Of a stretch of DNA of 64,000 bases, positions 1-10,397 are shown piece after piece; the stretch's first letter is position 1, and every line of letters starts with the position of its first letter. The translations under genes and the position numbers were made by a program. Under the pieces are notes generated by a model. That model searched no databases and was not told the origin of the DNA. It saw only the letters and a program-made list of their open reading frames with translations. The stretch is taken from the IMG/VR virus record IMGVR_UViG_3300017963_004045, one strand, 5' to 3'. This DNA is from an uncultured virus (IMG/VR IMGVR_UViG_3300017963_004045). Its lineage: Duplodnaviria; Heunggongvirae; Uroviricota; Caudoviricetes.

Positions 1-49
1 TGCAACTGCGGAAGGCTGAGAAAGACAGGAAAAACTAACGGGTGTTGGC

Positions 50-814
50 ATGACCAAAATTGAATACTCCAAAACCCATCAAGGTAAGACACACATACTT
101 CACGCAACAGTAGAGAACAGACATGGGGCAAACGACATCAAGGAATACTATGAAGGCAGGGGCGATAGCGTTCTGATTGTCGAGTTCGGCAAGACATATG
201 CGGTCTACAGGTATTCAGTAATCGAGAAAATGAAAGACCTGATTGCTGAGACCATTGGGCACGATTGCGAAATCGTTCACATGGAAGGGCACTACCAAGA
301 CTATGTTGGAAGCAAAGCCTCAACGAGTTGGGGTTGGAAGCAACCGACAGAGTTCAATGGTTATCTGATTGCATTAGCCAGATATTCACCAAGCCACAAA
401 GGACAGAAGCCCGTTTGCCACTTCGACTTCATCGAAAAGTCAGAGGAAAGCAACGGGTGTTATTCGATAAAGCCCAAGATAAAGTTATCTGACATAGTAA
501 ATCTGGACGATTTAACAGAGCCTTTGAACATAGAACGCCCAGACGACAAGGGTAGAAGCGTAGAGGAAGGCTACTTAGGTCATGTTCGCTGTCGTGATTG
601 CGGGAGTCTTTGGCAACCCAATAAGGTCGTTGCTGACCACAACCTACCCAAGAAATACGAGCAGACAGAATACTGTCCGCAATGTAATGGAACTGAGATT
701 GTGGGTGCAACAGTCGAAGATGTGATGATTATCGCCATTGAAAACGGGATAAGTCTGATTGCCTATGGAGAGAAGTCCGTTCTGGGCTTCATGCCCAGAC
801 CGAAGGAGAACTGA
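50..814 (+). CDS. Hypothetical protein with C-terminal CxxC...CxxC zinc ribbon
   Basis: 254-aa ORF with ATG 4 nt after the repeat motif; CRDC and CPQC pairs. Confidence 0.75.
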   Translation: MTKIEYSKTHQGKTHILHATVENRHGANDIKEYYEGRGDSVLIVEFGKTYAVYRYSVIEKMKDLIAETIGHDCEIVHMEGHYQDYVGSKASTSWGWKQPTEFNGYLIALARYSPSHKGQKPVCHFDFIEKSEESNGCYSIKPKIKLSDIVNLDDLTEPLNIERPDDKGRSVEEGYLGHVRCRDCGSLWQPNKVVADHNLPKKYEQTEYCPQCNGTEIVGATVEDVMIIAIENGISLIAYGEKSVLGFMPRPKEN

Positions 815-836
815 GGAAATTACAACGGGTGTTATT

Positions 837-1118
837 ATGCCAAGAGAAATAGTTGAACGCTCATCTGGATATTGGATAGTCAACGAGCATGGGGTAGCAT
901 ACCCAGAGCCATTTGACAGTATTGAAGAGGCACTGGATAAACTTGAAAGTCTTGACAATTGCACACATGATTGGGACGCAGACATGGATGGCTTTGTATC
1001 GTGTCAGCAATGCGGAGAGCCACACCCAGACAATCTGCCAGAGGGACACACGCACTCTCTTCAAGATATACGCCCAGACCTTTTCAATCCAAATGGAACT
1101 CGCAAGGCAGATTACTAA
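837..1118 (+). CDS. Hypothetical protein
   Basis: ATG directly after the motif at 824; the stop TAA overlaps the next motif at 1117. Confidence 0.7.
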   Translation: MPREIVERSSGYWIVNEHGVAYPEPFDSIEEALDKLESLDNCTHDWDADMDGFVSCQQCGEPHPDNLPEGHTHSLQDIRPDLFNPNGTRKADY

Positions 1119-1131
1119 CGGGTGTTGAGCC

Positions 1132-1305
1132 ATGTTGAAAGTCGGTGATAAGGTAACTCATAGACGCACTGGTAACAAGGTCTATACGGTCAAGAAAAAC
1201 ACAGCCTACGGTCTCCCGAATGCGTGGTGTCCATACACACCTGTAGCAGACTATAAAGGCAAGATATTCTGGGTAAGTCTCAACGAGATTACAAAGGTGA
1301 GTTGA
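1132..1305 (+). CDS. Small hypothetical protein (57 aa, MLKVGDKVTH..., SH3/KOW-like start)
   Basis: Translated manually; follows the motif at 1117 and fills the gap to the next gene. Confidence 0.6.
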   Translation: MLKVGDKVTHRRTGNKVYTVKKNTAYGLPNAWCPYTPVADYKGKIFWVSLNEITKVS

Positions 1306-1309
1306 TAAT

Positions 1310-1627
1310 ATGGTTGAAACACTTTGTCCGAAATGCAAAGAGCCAATCTATGTTAATCCAGAGGGTTCAGACAACCCTCTGTTATGGGGAGTCAGGCAGG
1401 ATTGCAAATGCACACTGGGTAAGGAAGAAATGAGCCTTATAATCCATGAGGTCAAATACATACTCAGGCACAACCGCTACAAAGAGGCACTGGATAGGAT
1501 AAGGGGCGTTTGTTCCCAGAACTTCCCATCCGACAGCAAGGACTGGAAACTCAGCGACAGGTTCTGTAACTATCTCGAAGCCAATCTGGACGACATATTG
1601 GAATACTTCGAGGAGGATGACAACTGA
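1310..1627 (+). CDS. Hypothetical Cys-containing protein
   Basis: GGTGA RBS, CPKC motif, tiled with neighbours. Confidence 0.7.
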   Translation: MVETLCPKCKEPIYVNPEGSDNPLLWGVRQDCKCTLGKEEMSLIIHEVKYILRHNRYKEALDRIRGVCSQNFPSDSKDWKLSDRFCNYLEANLDDILEYFEEDDN

Positions 1628-1803
1628 GATGACAAAGCCATCGAACTCGGAGAAAAACAACGGGTGTTAATCATGGCTAAGTGCAAGGATTGTAATAGCA
1701 AGAATATCATAGTCAGGGGACGCACAATCTATTGTGGGGATTGCCTATCAAAACGCATATCTGGGGGCATACACAAATTCAAAGGTCAGAAGAACAGAGG
1801 AAC

Positions 1804-2196
1804 ATGGGCATAGGTGTATCAATGAGACTATCAGGCAAGTGTTGTTTTTGCGGTAAGAAAGGCGACTGGGAAGGCGGTCTCTATCCAGATAGGGACAATG
1901 TAGTTGACAGACCACAGACATGGGCAGGGCATTTTCCTGTCAATGTAGAGAGGCTTCCAAGCGGTTCTTTCAGGACAGAGGATTTAGCGAAGAACAACAT
2001 AATAACGGGCTTGACCTGTCCAGATTGCCACAGAGACAAGAATGAGAAAATAGACTGGGACGCACTGGCAAAGAAGATAATGGTTAGCCACCGACAGAGC
2101 AAGGCAGGGAAGAAGGCATGGCGAACCATGAGGCACAGGAAAAGGACTACCACCCGCACAAGAAAGATGGCAGAGAAAATTAACAAAGGAGAGTGA
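1804..2196 (+). CDS. Hypothetical zinc-finger protein with basic C-terminus
   Basis: CCFC and CPDC pairs; start moved to the ATG after GAGG. Confidence 0.6.
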   Translation: MGIGVSMRLSGKCCFCGKKGDWEGGLYPDRDNVVDRPQTWAGHFPVNVERLPSGSFRTEDLAKNNIITGLTCPDCHRDKNEKIDWDALAKKIMVSHRQSKAGKKAWRTMRHRKRTTTRTRKMAEKINKGE

Positions 2197-2251
2197 TACT
2201 ATACCACAAGAAGAGAAATTCAGAGTAGAATACTGGGCTACCCAAGACCAT

Positions 2252-2926
2252 GTGAAACTTGGACATTCAGATGTCTATGACCATTTCCCGATACTCGCAG
2301 AAGCGGTGCAGGAGGCGAAGGCACTGTTCAGGAGAGGTGCTAAGAGTGTTGAGGTCGTTGGCTTCGACTCTGGGCAATCCTATTTCGTCATTGACGATGA
2401 TGGAGAGGAGTGGCAAATCGAGGGTAGAACATGGAAGGAACTAACACCTGTTGAACAGGAGAAGGTTCAAGACCACTGGACGCAATGCGTAATGGACGAC
2501 TCTATGGAGTGCAAGAAGAACTGCCCTACTGTAGAGAAGTTCTGGGAGAACCACGCTGAGCAAGACTATCCAGAATGGGCAAACTGGGGTGGCTCAGAGA
2601 AGCCCTACAAGATACCCATCATTGAGGTAATCTCAGGCATGGAGACGGAACTGGAACTTGAAGATGAAGAGGAAATCAAGAACTTCGAGACCGCAAAGGC
2701 GAAGGGCGTTGGCGACACCATCTATGTGAACGATTTGGGCGATTGCCAGATTGTGAGCATGGAGATAACCCCAGACAACATTGAGGAAATCAGGAAGGAG
2801 CATGGGGGAGACCTTTTCGTAGCCAATCTGGTGTGCGAAGAGGACGGAAGCATCCGTTGGTATTTGAACCCACAACGAAGCGACATCGGGTTGTTCACAC
2901 GGCTCGTCAAGGAAATCAAGGAATAA
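2252..2926 (+). CDS. Hypothetical acidic protein
   Basis: 224-aa ORF ending just before the motif at 2930; start uncertain. Confidence 0.65.
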   Translation: MKLGHSDVYDHFPILAEAVQEAKALFRRGAKSVEVVGFDSGQSYFVIDDDGEEWQIEGRTWKELTPVEQEKVQDHWTQCVMDDSMECKKNCPTVEKFWENHAEQDYPEWANWGGSEKPYKIPIIEVISGMETELELEDEEEIKNFETAKAKGVGDTIYVNDLGDCQIVSMEITPDNIEEIRKEHGGDLFVANLVCEEDGSIRWYLNPQRSDIGLFTRLVKEIKE

Positions 2927-3592
2927 ATCAACGGGTGTTGCAATGCGAGAGTCCATAGACCGCAAACTATCCACGCAATTGGATAAAGAAACATGGGATA
3001 TAGTCATATCCAGTGGCTCGTGCCCGAACTATATGAATGGCTACTGTTACATGGACGCAAGACGCAAATGCACTGAGGAATTCTGCCCGATAAAAAAGGA
3101 GTGATAAACATGGATATAACACATGAAAAACTACAGGAAATGACCAAAGGAATACTCTATGATGAGGATAGCCCCGAAATCGAAGGCTGTATCTACAAGA
3201 CCGAACAGGGCGAGTGGGTAACAATAGTCTTAACTATGGAAGGGCGATTACTCAGACTCAGGACGGGCTACTGTATGTTCTGCGGAGCATACATACATGG
3301 CAAGGACACCCACAAATGCGGTGAGTAAGGCGGTGGTCAGCATGGACGCAATGCAAAAACTCATTGAAGCAAGAGAGGAAATCCTCATAGCCAACTGGTT
3401 CACGAAAGACATTCTTGAGGACTTGCTCGGCTACAAACTCACCGATGGAGAGTTCAGGGAAATCCTCGAACACTGGCACAATTCAGGGGCATGGAATGAT
3501 GTCTCCGATACGGTCAGGGAGTGGGTGGCTCAGGAGTTCGAGAGGACGAAGGACGGACTCAAAGTCAGAGAAAACTAACGGGTGTTGATAGT

Positions 3593-4090
3593 ATGACACT
3601 GGTAAAGACAAAGGAATACAAATTCGGACTGATTGGCGAGTTCTTGGATGAGTTCAAACTCCATGATAAATTACTGAGCATTCTACAGGAGAATTACAAC
3701 GAGACATACGAATGGGGAGAGAGCAATGAGTATCTCATAGACAAGATGGGCAGGGAAGTCGATTTGGAAGAGATAGTCGCAATGATGGGCGGTATCTGTG
3801 ATGTCATAGAGGCTATGCTTGATGGCATACCCAACAGGAAATTCACGAGAGTATATCTGAAGGAGGATTTCAAACATCAGGTGGAAGCGGAAGATGTTTG
3901 CTTTACCGAGATACTCAGGGGAGAAAAGACCGAACTCCAACAGGTGTTAGAGAGCATTGACCTACTGGCAGAAATGCCAGAACCTCATGTAGTAGTGCTG
4001 AAAGAAGAGCCTTATGACATGGAGGTTATCCGCAAGGAGCATGGTCGCCAGACGGGTTGGATAATCACAGTCCTGAAAGGTAAAAACTAA
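3593..4090 (+). CDS. Hypothetical protein
   Basis: Bounded by motif copies at 3577 and 4089. Confidence 0.7.
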   Translation: MTLVKTKEYKFGLIGEFLDEFKLHDKLLSILQENYNETYEWGESNEYLIDKMGREVDLEEIVAMMGGICDVIEAMLDGIPNRKFTRVYLKEDFKHQVEAEDVCFTEILRGEKTELQQVLESIDLLAEMPEPHVVVLKEEPYDMEVIRKEHGRQTGWIITVLKGKN

Positions 4091-4104
4091 CAGGAGTTGA
4101 AAAC

Positions 4105-4470
4105 ATGGATGAAAAGGAGATAGAGAAGATACTGGGTGAGAACTACGACAGGGATATAGTTAATGAATGCGTGGACGCAAACAGATTAGCAATCAAGCAC
4201 TTCTTCGGGAAGGAAGGGGATTACAGACCAAAGGTCATCAACCATCTGGTCAAGGAGAAGATTACCTTCACAACCGATGTGAACACACACGACACCCTAC
4301 TGGAAATGTGCGTTCAGGTCAACTGCCCCAGATGTTTTTCCGAAATGGAAAGAAAGCACTCTGGAAGCAGTGGGGTAACGACCAATAGCACTTACAAATG
4401 TCCACATTGCGACACCGAACTCTCCATGACCACCGTTCACGATGGTCTCACGGTCAGGTTCAGGGAATAA
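4105..4470 (+). CDS. Hypothetical zinc-ribbon protein
   Basis: CPRC and CPHC pairs; bounded by motif copies at 4089 and 4474. Confidence 0.7.
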   Translation: MDEKEIEKILGENYDRDIVNECVDANRLAIKHFFGKEGDYRPKVINHLVKEKITFTTDVNTHDTLLEMCVQVNCPRCFSEMERKHSGSSGVTTNSTYKCPHCDTELSMTTVHDGLTVRFRE

Positions 4471-4502
4471 TCTAACACCCGTTGTTAGATGGAGGCGATA
4501 CT

Positions 4503-4895
4503 ATGCCAATATTTAACCCAGAGGAATGCCCCCTCTTAGCCAGACTCATTGAAGAGAGGGGCGTGAGCATGGATGATTATCACAATCATGCAGGAACGAT
4601 TGAGGACAACCTCATAAGAGCCTACAGGATGGTCGGTATCCGAGAGGACAAGCAGTATTCTGTTGTTCATCTATTCTGTGGAGAACAAATCAAGCGTCTG
4701 GCTCAGGTCAAGGCAGACTACGAGTTGACAGATGAGGATACAGAACTCTTCGTCAAGTTAAAGGACATGGAGTGGCAACATTACTACGGTGGCAAGTGCC
4801 AGAACTGTAATGGCGAAGGCAAGACTTACCAAGACGGGATAGAGTTTCCGAGAACCTGCAAGGTCTGTGGAGGAACAGGCAAGTCAAGGAATTAG
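4503..4895 (+). CDS. Protein with C-terminal DnaJ-type CxxCxGxG zinc finger
   Basis: CQNCNGEGK and CKVCGGTGK; GGAGG RBS. Confidence 0.7.
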   Translation: MPIFNPEECPLLARLIEERGVSMDDYHNHAGTIEDNLIRAYRMVGIREDKQYSVVHLFCGEQIKRLAQVKADYELTDEDTELFVKLKDMEWQHYYGGKCQNCNGEGKTYQDGIEFPRTCKVCGGTGKSRN

Positions 4896-4927
4896 GGAAC
4901 TTTCCAACAGGTGTTGAGAGGGATAGC

Positions 4928-5506
4928 ATGAGGCTCTACAAAGTGAGTGATTTTTACAATCCACACTACATTCGTGTCGGCAATGAGGTAAGGGTAGTCA
5001 AGAAAATCGTAATATTCAACGACTCAGGGGTAGTCCACCAAATCAACTGGTTCATGGACAAAGAATGCAGGAACTCAGTCCCAATTGATATAGATGGCGT
5101 GGAGGCAATCAGGAAAGCCAAAGAGGAATTCGTCAAGACATACGAGAGAGGGATAGCATACTGGATACCAAAAAAGAAAGAGTCATATGAGAGTAATCGA
5201 GAGAAGCACTGCATACTTTACATCCCTTACAATCTATTGGGCATAAGTGAAGTGGGCAGGAAGCCCCAAACCCTTCCGCAAGGTCATAAGACATGGGATA
5301 GGGTAGAATATTCCATACTGGACGGTCAGGGCTACTTCACGGAGTCAGAGAACGAAAGGCAGACCGATGAGAATAAGAAGAACGAGAAGATTTCCAAACT
5401 CATCGGAATGAGTCCCTTCAAACATCTGGAATACGAAATCACAAGTAACTTTGACGAACTCAAGAAACTTGTTGACACGATTGACTCAATCAAAAGAAGG
5501 AAGTAA
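4928..5506 (+). CDS. Hypothetical protein
   Basis: 192-aa ORF between motif copies at 4906 and 5509. Confidence 0.7.
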   Translation: MRLYKVSDFYNPHYIRVGNEVRVVKKIVIFNDSGVVHQINWFMDKECRNSVPIDIDGVEAIRKAKEEFVKTYERGIAYWIPKKKESYESNREKHCILYIPYNLLGISEVGRKPQTLPQGHKTWDRVEYSILDGQGYFTESENERQTDENKKNEKISKLIGMSPFKHLEYEITSNFDELKKLVDTIDSIKRRK

Positions 5507-5673
5507 TCAACGGGTGTTGAACATGGTTAGCGAACTGGAAGAAGCCTACGAATACTATACCGATGATGACCTGTATTCAATCTACCATAATTGTTGTCCA
5601 GCAGAGAAACGCAGGATTACTATGGAATTAAACAGGCGTGAGAGAGTTAGACAGGAACAAAGGAATTGATAAT

Positions 5674-6093
5674 ATGGAGAAATACGAAGATGAGAGGCTT
5701 GGCGTAGCCAAAGCCATGCAAGAGAGTGGGTGTTCATTTGCGAGAGAACTGGGCAAAGCCTTAGAGAAGGCAGACCTCGATAACACCAGACGGATTAAGA
5801 GAGCCTTCCCAGAATTCTGGGATAGGTATGCTGAGCGTGGAGTCAAGGGCTACAAGAAAGAGCAACTGAGCGAAGAAGATATGCAGACACTGGTAGATAT
5901 GGTTCTAAATCATATTGAGACAGAGATAAGAGGCTATGACGACCTTACCTGTCTCGAAGAGTTGCTGAAACTCACTCCGCAAGAATATCTCTTAGGCTAT
6001 TTAGACGAAGAGGTTAAGGAAGGGTTCTTATCCTCGATAGCACAGAGACAAGCCTCAGAAACGCCTAATACACCCCTTCCTGAAGGAAATTGA
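5674..6093 (+). CDS. Hypothetical protein (phage-type GSFAxxL...AD..N..RI..AFP motif)
   Basis: GCSFARELGKALEKADLDNTRRIKRAFPEFW resembles a small viral family recalled by eye. Confidence 0.65.
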   Translation: MEKYEDERLGVAKAMQESGCSFARELGKALEKADLDNTRRIKRAFPEFWDRYAERGVKGYKKEQLSEEDMQTLVDMVLNHIETEIRGYDDLTCLEELLKLTPQEYLLGYLDEEVKEGFLSSIAQRQASETPNTPLPEGN

Positions 6094-6239
6094 GGGGGTA
6101 TGTGCTTTGCCGAGAAGCAAGGGAATAATAACACTAATAAGAAAAGAAAGTAATAGGCACTCATCACGATTGCGATTCCCGACTCACTCATCGAGAATCT
6201 TGTCGTGGTCAAACAGGGAAAAAACTAACAGGTGTTGAG

Positions 6240-6653
6240 ATGAAAGATGAAGAAAGATACAGAGGAATTGAAGTAGAGTTGCCCACAGGTCAGAAGGCAC
6301 GAGTGCCAATAAGAGTCATACGCTGTTCAGAGTGCAATGATGTTATAGGGTTCTTGACTGCCGATGAAGGTTATGTGCCAGAGGGAAAAATCAAGAGGCT
6401 CTTGCAGACCGCAGTATGTCCAAAGGAAGCCTACCTCTATATAGAGGGCATGGTAAACCCCAATCGAGAGAACTTCAAAGCCCAGACATCAATGACATTG
6501 CTTCAAGCACTGGAAAAGATATTTGAAACCAACGATGTTGAGACAATTGAGGAACTGGAAGAGAAGATGGGCAGTGCTAACCCATTCTCTCAGGTAGCCC
6601 GTAAGATTACAGTGGCAATGGACTTGCTGGACAAGGTTGACGCAGTATCCTAA
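6240..6653 (+). CDS. Hypothetical protein
   Basis: Bounded by motif copies at 6227 and 6652. Confidence 0.7.
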   Translation: MKDEERYRGIEVELPTGQKARVPIRVIRCSECNDVIGFLTADEGYVPEGKIKRLLQTAVCPKEAYLYIEGMVNPNRENFKAQTSMTLLQALEKIFETNDVETIEELEEKMGSANPFSQVARKITVAMDLLDKVDAVS

Positions 6654-6678
6654 CGAGTGTTACAATCGGAGAAGAGAT

Positions 6679-7032
6679 ATGACATCAGAAAAACTACCGC
6701 AAGTCAAAAGGATGAGGTGTAGCCTTTGCGAAATCAAGTATAAAGAGAGTGAACCCAGATACGAGAAATGCAGATATTTCACAAGGGAAAAGGACGAACA
6801 TGGTAAGCCCGTTGGCATACTCGATGTGGAGAACATTGAGAAGCCAGAGCAAAGGAGACTGAGGGAACAGAGGGAGAGACAGCAGAAGAAGGCAAAGGCA
6901 GTCAAGAAACAATCCCTCGCAGGAAAGAAAGACTGGATAAGGCTTAAGAGAAAGGAAGGGATGACCAAGAGAGCAAACCTATTGAGAAGGAAGATGAATA
7001 TTGAGGAACAAGATGAGGAACAAGGAGAGTGA
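6679..7032 (+). CDS. Hypothetical basic protein carrying the shared TKRANLLRRKMNI peptide
   Basis: ORF with GGAG RBS and CSLC motif. Confidence 0.6.
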   Translation: MTSEKLPQVKRMRCSLCEIKYKESEPRYEKCRYFTREKDEHGKPVGILDVENIEKPEQRRLREQRERQQKKAKAVKKQSLAGKKDWIRLKRKEGMTKRANLLRRKMNIEEQDEEQGE

Positions 7033-7354
7033 TAAACTGAACAAAGCAGAGGAAAAACCAACAGAGCCAGAGGAACAGAAAGTCGTGGACAAAGAGTTCG
7101 ACTTTACAGAGGAAGGCGAAGAAGTTCAAGCCTTCTATGAGGACTTGAAGAAATACGCCAAGAAGCATGGACTGGTAATAACCAACATCAAGGGCTGGAC
7201 AAGAGGAAGGATTATCAGGATGGCGAGGAACGATAGGCGTTGTGCCTGTCGCCCCAAACAGAGAACCTGTCCATGTCCTGAAGGACTCGAAGAGTGCAGA
7301 ACCGCAAAAGACCACGAGTGTATCTGTTCGGTGTTCAGACTCGGAAATAAGTAA
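7001..7354 (+). CDS. Ferredoxin-thioredoxin reductase catalytic-subunit-like Fe-S protein
   Basis: Three CxC motifs (CAC, CPC, CIC followed by SVF) match the FTR CPC...CPC...CHC-x-LF pattern; start uncertain. Confidence 0.6.
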   Translation: MRNKMRNKESDKLNKAEEKPTEPEEQKVVDKEFDFTEEGEEVQAFYEDLKKYAKKHGLVITNIKGWTRGRIIRMARNDRRCACRPKQRTCPCPEGLEECRTAKDHECICSVFRLGNK

Positions 7355-7370
7355 CAGTTGTTGAAAGGGG

Positions 7371-7841
7371 GTGAAACCCTTGAAAATAAAAGGGCATGAC
7401 TGCCGAGAAGCCAAACATCTTGGATGGAGAGAGGCAGACTCGAAGAGAGATAAAAATCTTCGTGGAGAACCTATGCACGATGGCTATGTAGCCATTGTTC
7501 GCATTAAGGACTGCCGACTCTATGAGGAAGATGGAAGGGACTTCTACGACTCGAAAGACGCACCCGCCATACCCATAAATCACGGAGCAACTTCCTATGG
7601 TTATGGGAAGGCTTCCGAGAGGAAAGGGAAGCGTTGGGTGTATGATGGAAAATATGGAGACAAACGCAAGTGGGTTCTTGTATCCAGATATAAGACCACG
7701 CCATTCTACGCTGTCAGAGACGCAATCGTATATCAGGGGACTATCCACAATCCCATCAGGGACAATGATGGCTCACCGATGTTTGTAGAGGACACTTGGT
7801 ATGAGGGAGACGAGAAATCTCAAAACGGTCAGGAAATGTGA
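7371..7841 (+). CDS. Hypothetical protein
   Basis: 156-aa ORF after the motif variant at 7353. Confidence 0.65.
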   Translation: MKPLKIKGHDCREAKHLGWREADSKRDKNLRGEPMHDGYVAIVRIKDCRLYEEDGRDFYDSKDAPAIPINHGATSYGYGKASERKGKRWVYDGKYGDKRKWVLVSRYKTTPFYAVRDAIVYQGTIHNPIRDNDGSPMFVEDTWYEGDEKSQNGQEM

Positions 7842-7911
7842 TGATGCGTAAAGACTGGCTTGATTCCTCAAAGGCATAAAACTCGGTAAGTTCCAACGGG
7901 TGTTGAACAGA

Positions 7912-8235
7912 ATGGGGACTTGGGTATACTTCGAGAAATTAGTTCATGGTCATGTTAGCCAGAGGCTCTACAAATACTTTGTAGAAAGCAAAAAAGAACT
8001 TACAAGTGAAAGGCTTGAGAGGTTCGCAGAGCGTTGGGGCGATGAAACAGGAGGGGGGCACAATAGCGGTTACACAGTGAACTGGAAAATCGGAAAGCAC
8101 CCACCTAAAGATTGGTTCATCGATAAGTGCCAAAACATTGATAAGCGAATAAACCATCTCAAGTCGGACAAAGCCTTTTACACCGAACAGGCTAAGAAGT
8201 TTTTCGGGGTGAACTGGTTCAAAAAGGATGGGTAA
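7912..8235 (+). CDS. Hypothetical protein
   Basis: ATG after the motif at 7895. Confidence 0.65.
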   Translation: MGTWVYFEKLVHGHVSQRLYKYFVESKKELTSERLERFAERWGDETGGGHNSGYTVNWKIGKHPPKDWFIDKCQNIDKRINHLKSDKAFYTEQAKKFFGVNWFKKDG

Positions 8236-8746
8236 CATGGTAGCCAAGACAAACAAGGACAAGTGGGCACACAATCTTGACCGATTAGTAGCAGACAAAG
8301 AGAGCGAGTTCATATATGTTCCAGTCCAATACGGTAAACTATCTCACAGAGTTAGACGAGTGAAACTCGTAGATAAGTTGGTTATAATCAGGAACAATAA
8401 GCCAACGGTCTTTAAACTATACGAGATAGCCCAGAGGAATATAGGAGCAGGTAGAAAACTTGTTTGGTTTCACAGAGTCATCAAGAAGGATAGGCTTGGA
8501 CAGGTGTTAGAATTCGATATAATGGCAGACAATCCGAATGCTTGGAGAGGGCTAAAAGCCATCGAGAAGAAGCAGACTGAAGATGGTGTTATAGAAAAAT
8601 ACAAGCAGGAAATGGAAGCAGGAAAGGAATCCACACCATCCAGTCAAAGCACGAGAGAGAGGAGAGAAATCCGAGAATTCCTGAATCGAGTCGGTAGGAG
8701 GCGGGAGTCCGTCCCAGTGAAGCGTAAAGAAGTCGCCAAAAACTAA
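8228..8746 (+). CDS. Hypothetical protein
   Basis: 172-aa ORF; stop overlaps the motif variant at 8745. Confidence 0.65.
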   Translation: MGNMVAKTNKDKWAHNLDRLVADKESEFIYVPVQYGKLSHRVRRVKLVDKLVIIRNNKPTVFKLYEIAQRNIGAGRKLVWFHRVIKKDRLGQVLEFDIMADNPNAWRGLKAIEKKQTEDGVIEKYKQEMEAGKESTPSSQSTRERREIREFLNRVGRRRESVPVKRKEVAKN

Positions 8747-8766
8747 CAACCGTTGGAGATGATTAT

Positions 8767-9141
8767 ATGGGCAAAGAGAAGAAGCGTTTCATCGTAGATG
8801 TCGAAGCAAGACCATGTGGACTGGCAAAGATTACGCCAGATGAAATCCACGAAGCATTGAGAAATCGATACAATAGTAATGTTGGGCTAAAGGTCAAGGA
8901 GATAGAAGAAGCCCCCACAACATTCTTGGAGCATCCCGAAACGCACATGGAAGGCATCATCAGTTATGAGCAGTCAATAAGTCGTGGAAGCCGAGTGGGA
9001 GATTTAGGCATCCAGATTGCAAGAGACCACAGGGTTTGGTTGTGCGTAGATGGAGAAGCCATGATACGATTCAAGCCGAAGGTAGTCGGTGGGAAAACTC
9101 AGCAGAATATAACGCCTGTTAGATTCGACAGGAAGGAATAG
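8767..9141 (+). CDS. Hypothetical protein
   Basis: 124-aa ORF with GGAG RBS. Confidence 0.65.
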   Translation: MGKEKKRFIVDVEARPCGLAKITPDEIHEALRNRYNSNVGLKVKEIEEAPTTFLEHPETHMEGIISYEQSISRGSRVGDLGIQIARDHRVWLCVDGEAMIRFKPKVVGGKTQQNITPVRFDRKE

Positions 9142-9143
9142 CG

Positions 9144-9671
9144 ATGTCGTCAAATTCTGAGGTTAAAAAGTCGATGGAAATATCTATCGATACCGTTCTT
9201 GATTATCTTGAAGGGATGGTCAAGTTCAGGAAGGAAAACATAACCCAACCGCCCAAACTGAAGTATATCTGCACTGAGGACTTCGTTCTACAGAACGGGA
9301 GACCTTTCGAGTTCAGACCACTACCCAAACACATTGCTCCAATGGAAATGAAGGAGTGCTACAGGAACTCCTTCCAGACTCTTATAGACAACCATGATTT
9401 GACCTATTGTGAGGGCTTTGCGACATCGGGAATATTGCCTGTTCTCCACGCCTTCCTCGTTGATATGGAAGGCTATGTTGTAGACCCGACATGGACTGAC
9501 GGAATAGACTACTATGGAGTTCCATTCAAAAGAGAGTTCGTAATCTCCCAGACGATTAAGCAAGAGACCTATGGTCTTATCGATAATTGGTCAATGGGCT
9601 ATCCACTTCTCAGTGGGGAAATCAAGAAGGAGGAGTGGTTCGTCAAGGAACTGCAACTCAGAAATAACTAA
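9144..9671 (+). CDS. Putative papain/transglutaminase-fold protein (C-H-D triad)
   Basis: ECYRNS ... YCEGFA ... VLHAFLVD ... VVDPTW ... YYGVPF. Confidence 0.55.
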   Translation: MSSNSEVKKSMEISIDTVLDYLEGMVKFRKENITQPPKLKYICTEDFVLQNGRPFEFRPLPKHIAPMEMKECYRNSFQTLIDNHDLTYCEGFATSGILPVLHAFLVDMEGYVVDPTWTDGIDYYGVPFKREFVISQTIKQETYGLIDNWSMGYPLLSGEIKKEEWFVKELQLRNN

Positions 9672-9682
9672 CGGGTGTTGAT

Positions 9683-10093
9683 TTGTCTAAGAAGAAATCC
9701 CCAGAAGGCTTTCAGGCAGACGGTGAAGGGTTCTGGATAACTTTCCCAAACGGAGTTACCGTGAGCGTCAGATTCGGCAAGGGACACTATTGCTCAAACA
9801 GACCTTCCAAATACGGAATAGGGGACACCATTCCAGCGTCTCGTAGTGAATGTCCAAACAGCGAAGTAGCCATACTTGATAAGAGAGGGGATTTCATTGT
9901 CAATAAATACCAAGAAGATAGAGCAAACATTGTGTTGAGTTATGTAAGCCCAATGGAACTAATGGACATACTTGACTGGGCTTCTAAGTATGGCACTCCA
10001 GATATGCCTCTACGAGTCAAGAAACCCATAAAGACAAAGCCACTCAGTAAAATAGAAATTGCTCAGAGGAAGATGAAGGTTAGCAAGGAGTAG
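9683..10093 (+). CDS. Hypothetical phage-type protein (FxNGxTVSV motif) with shared C-terminal basic peptide
   Basis: TTG start 4 nt after the motif at 9670; ends LSKIEIAQRKMKVSKE. Confidence 0.7.
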   Translation: MSKKKSPEGFQADGEGFWITFPNGVTVSVRFGKGHYCSNRPSKYGIGDTIPASRSECPNSEVAILDKRGDFIVNKYQEDRANIVLSYVSPMELMDILDWASKYGTPDMPLRVKKPIKTKPLSKIEIAQRKMKVSKE

Positions 10094-10329
10094 ATAGGAT
10101 GTTCAAATTCATAAAGAGATACAGGAGATACCAAGATGCAAAGATGGTCTGGAATAGGATGAAGGGGGCTTGTCGCCATTTCTCTAAAAAAGAAGGCATT
10201 CGATGTGGAAGGGGAAATGAAGGATTAACGGCAGAGGCAATTAAGATAGGTTGCAATCACTCGGACAACATTACTGGCAAGTGTGAGATACTACACTGCC
10301 CAATAATCAACACTCGTTGAGGAATCGAC

Positions 10330-10366
10330 AAACTTAAATAGGGCACTGGCAGGAAGTTTTTTATAC
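10330..10366 (+). promoter_or_regulatory. Archaeal BRE/TATA-like promoter(s) upstream of the GHKL ATPase
   Basis: AAACTTAAATA and GGAAGTTTTTTATA in the intergenic gap before ATG 10398. Confidence 0.55.
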
Positions 10367-10397
10367 TCCACAACAGTTATTCAATTGAGGAATTCGC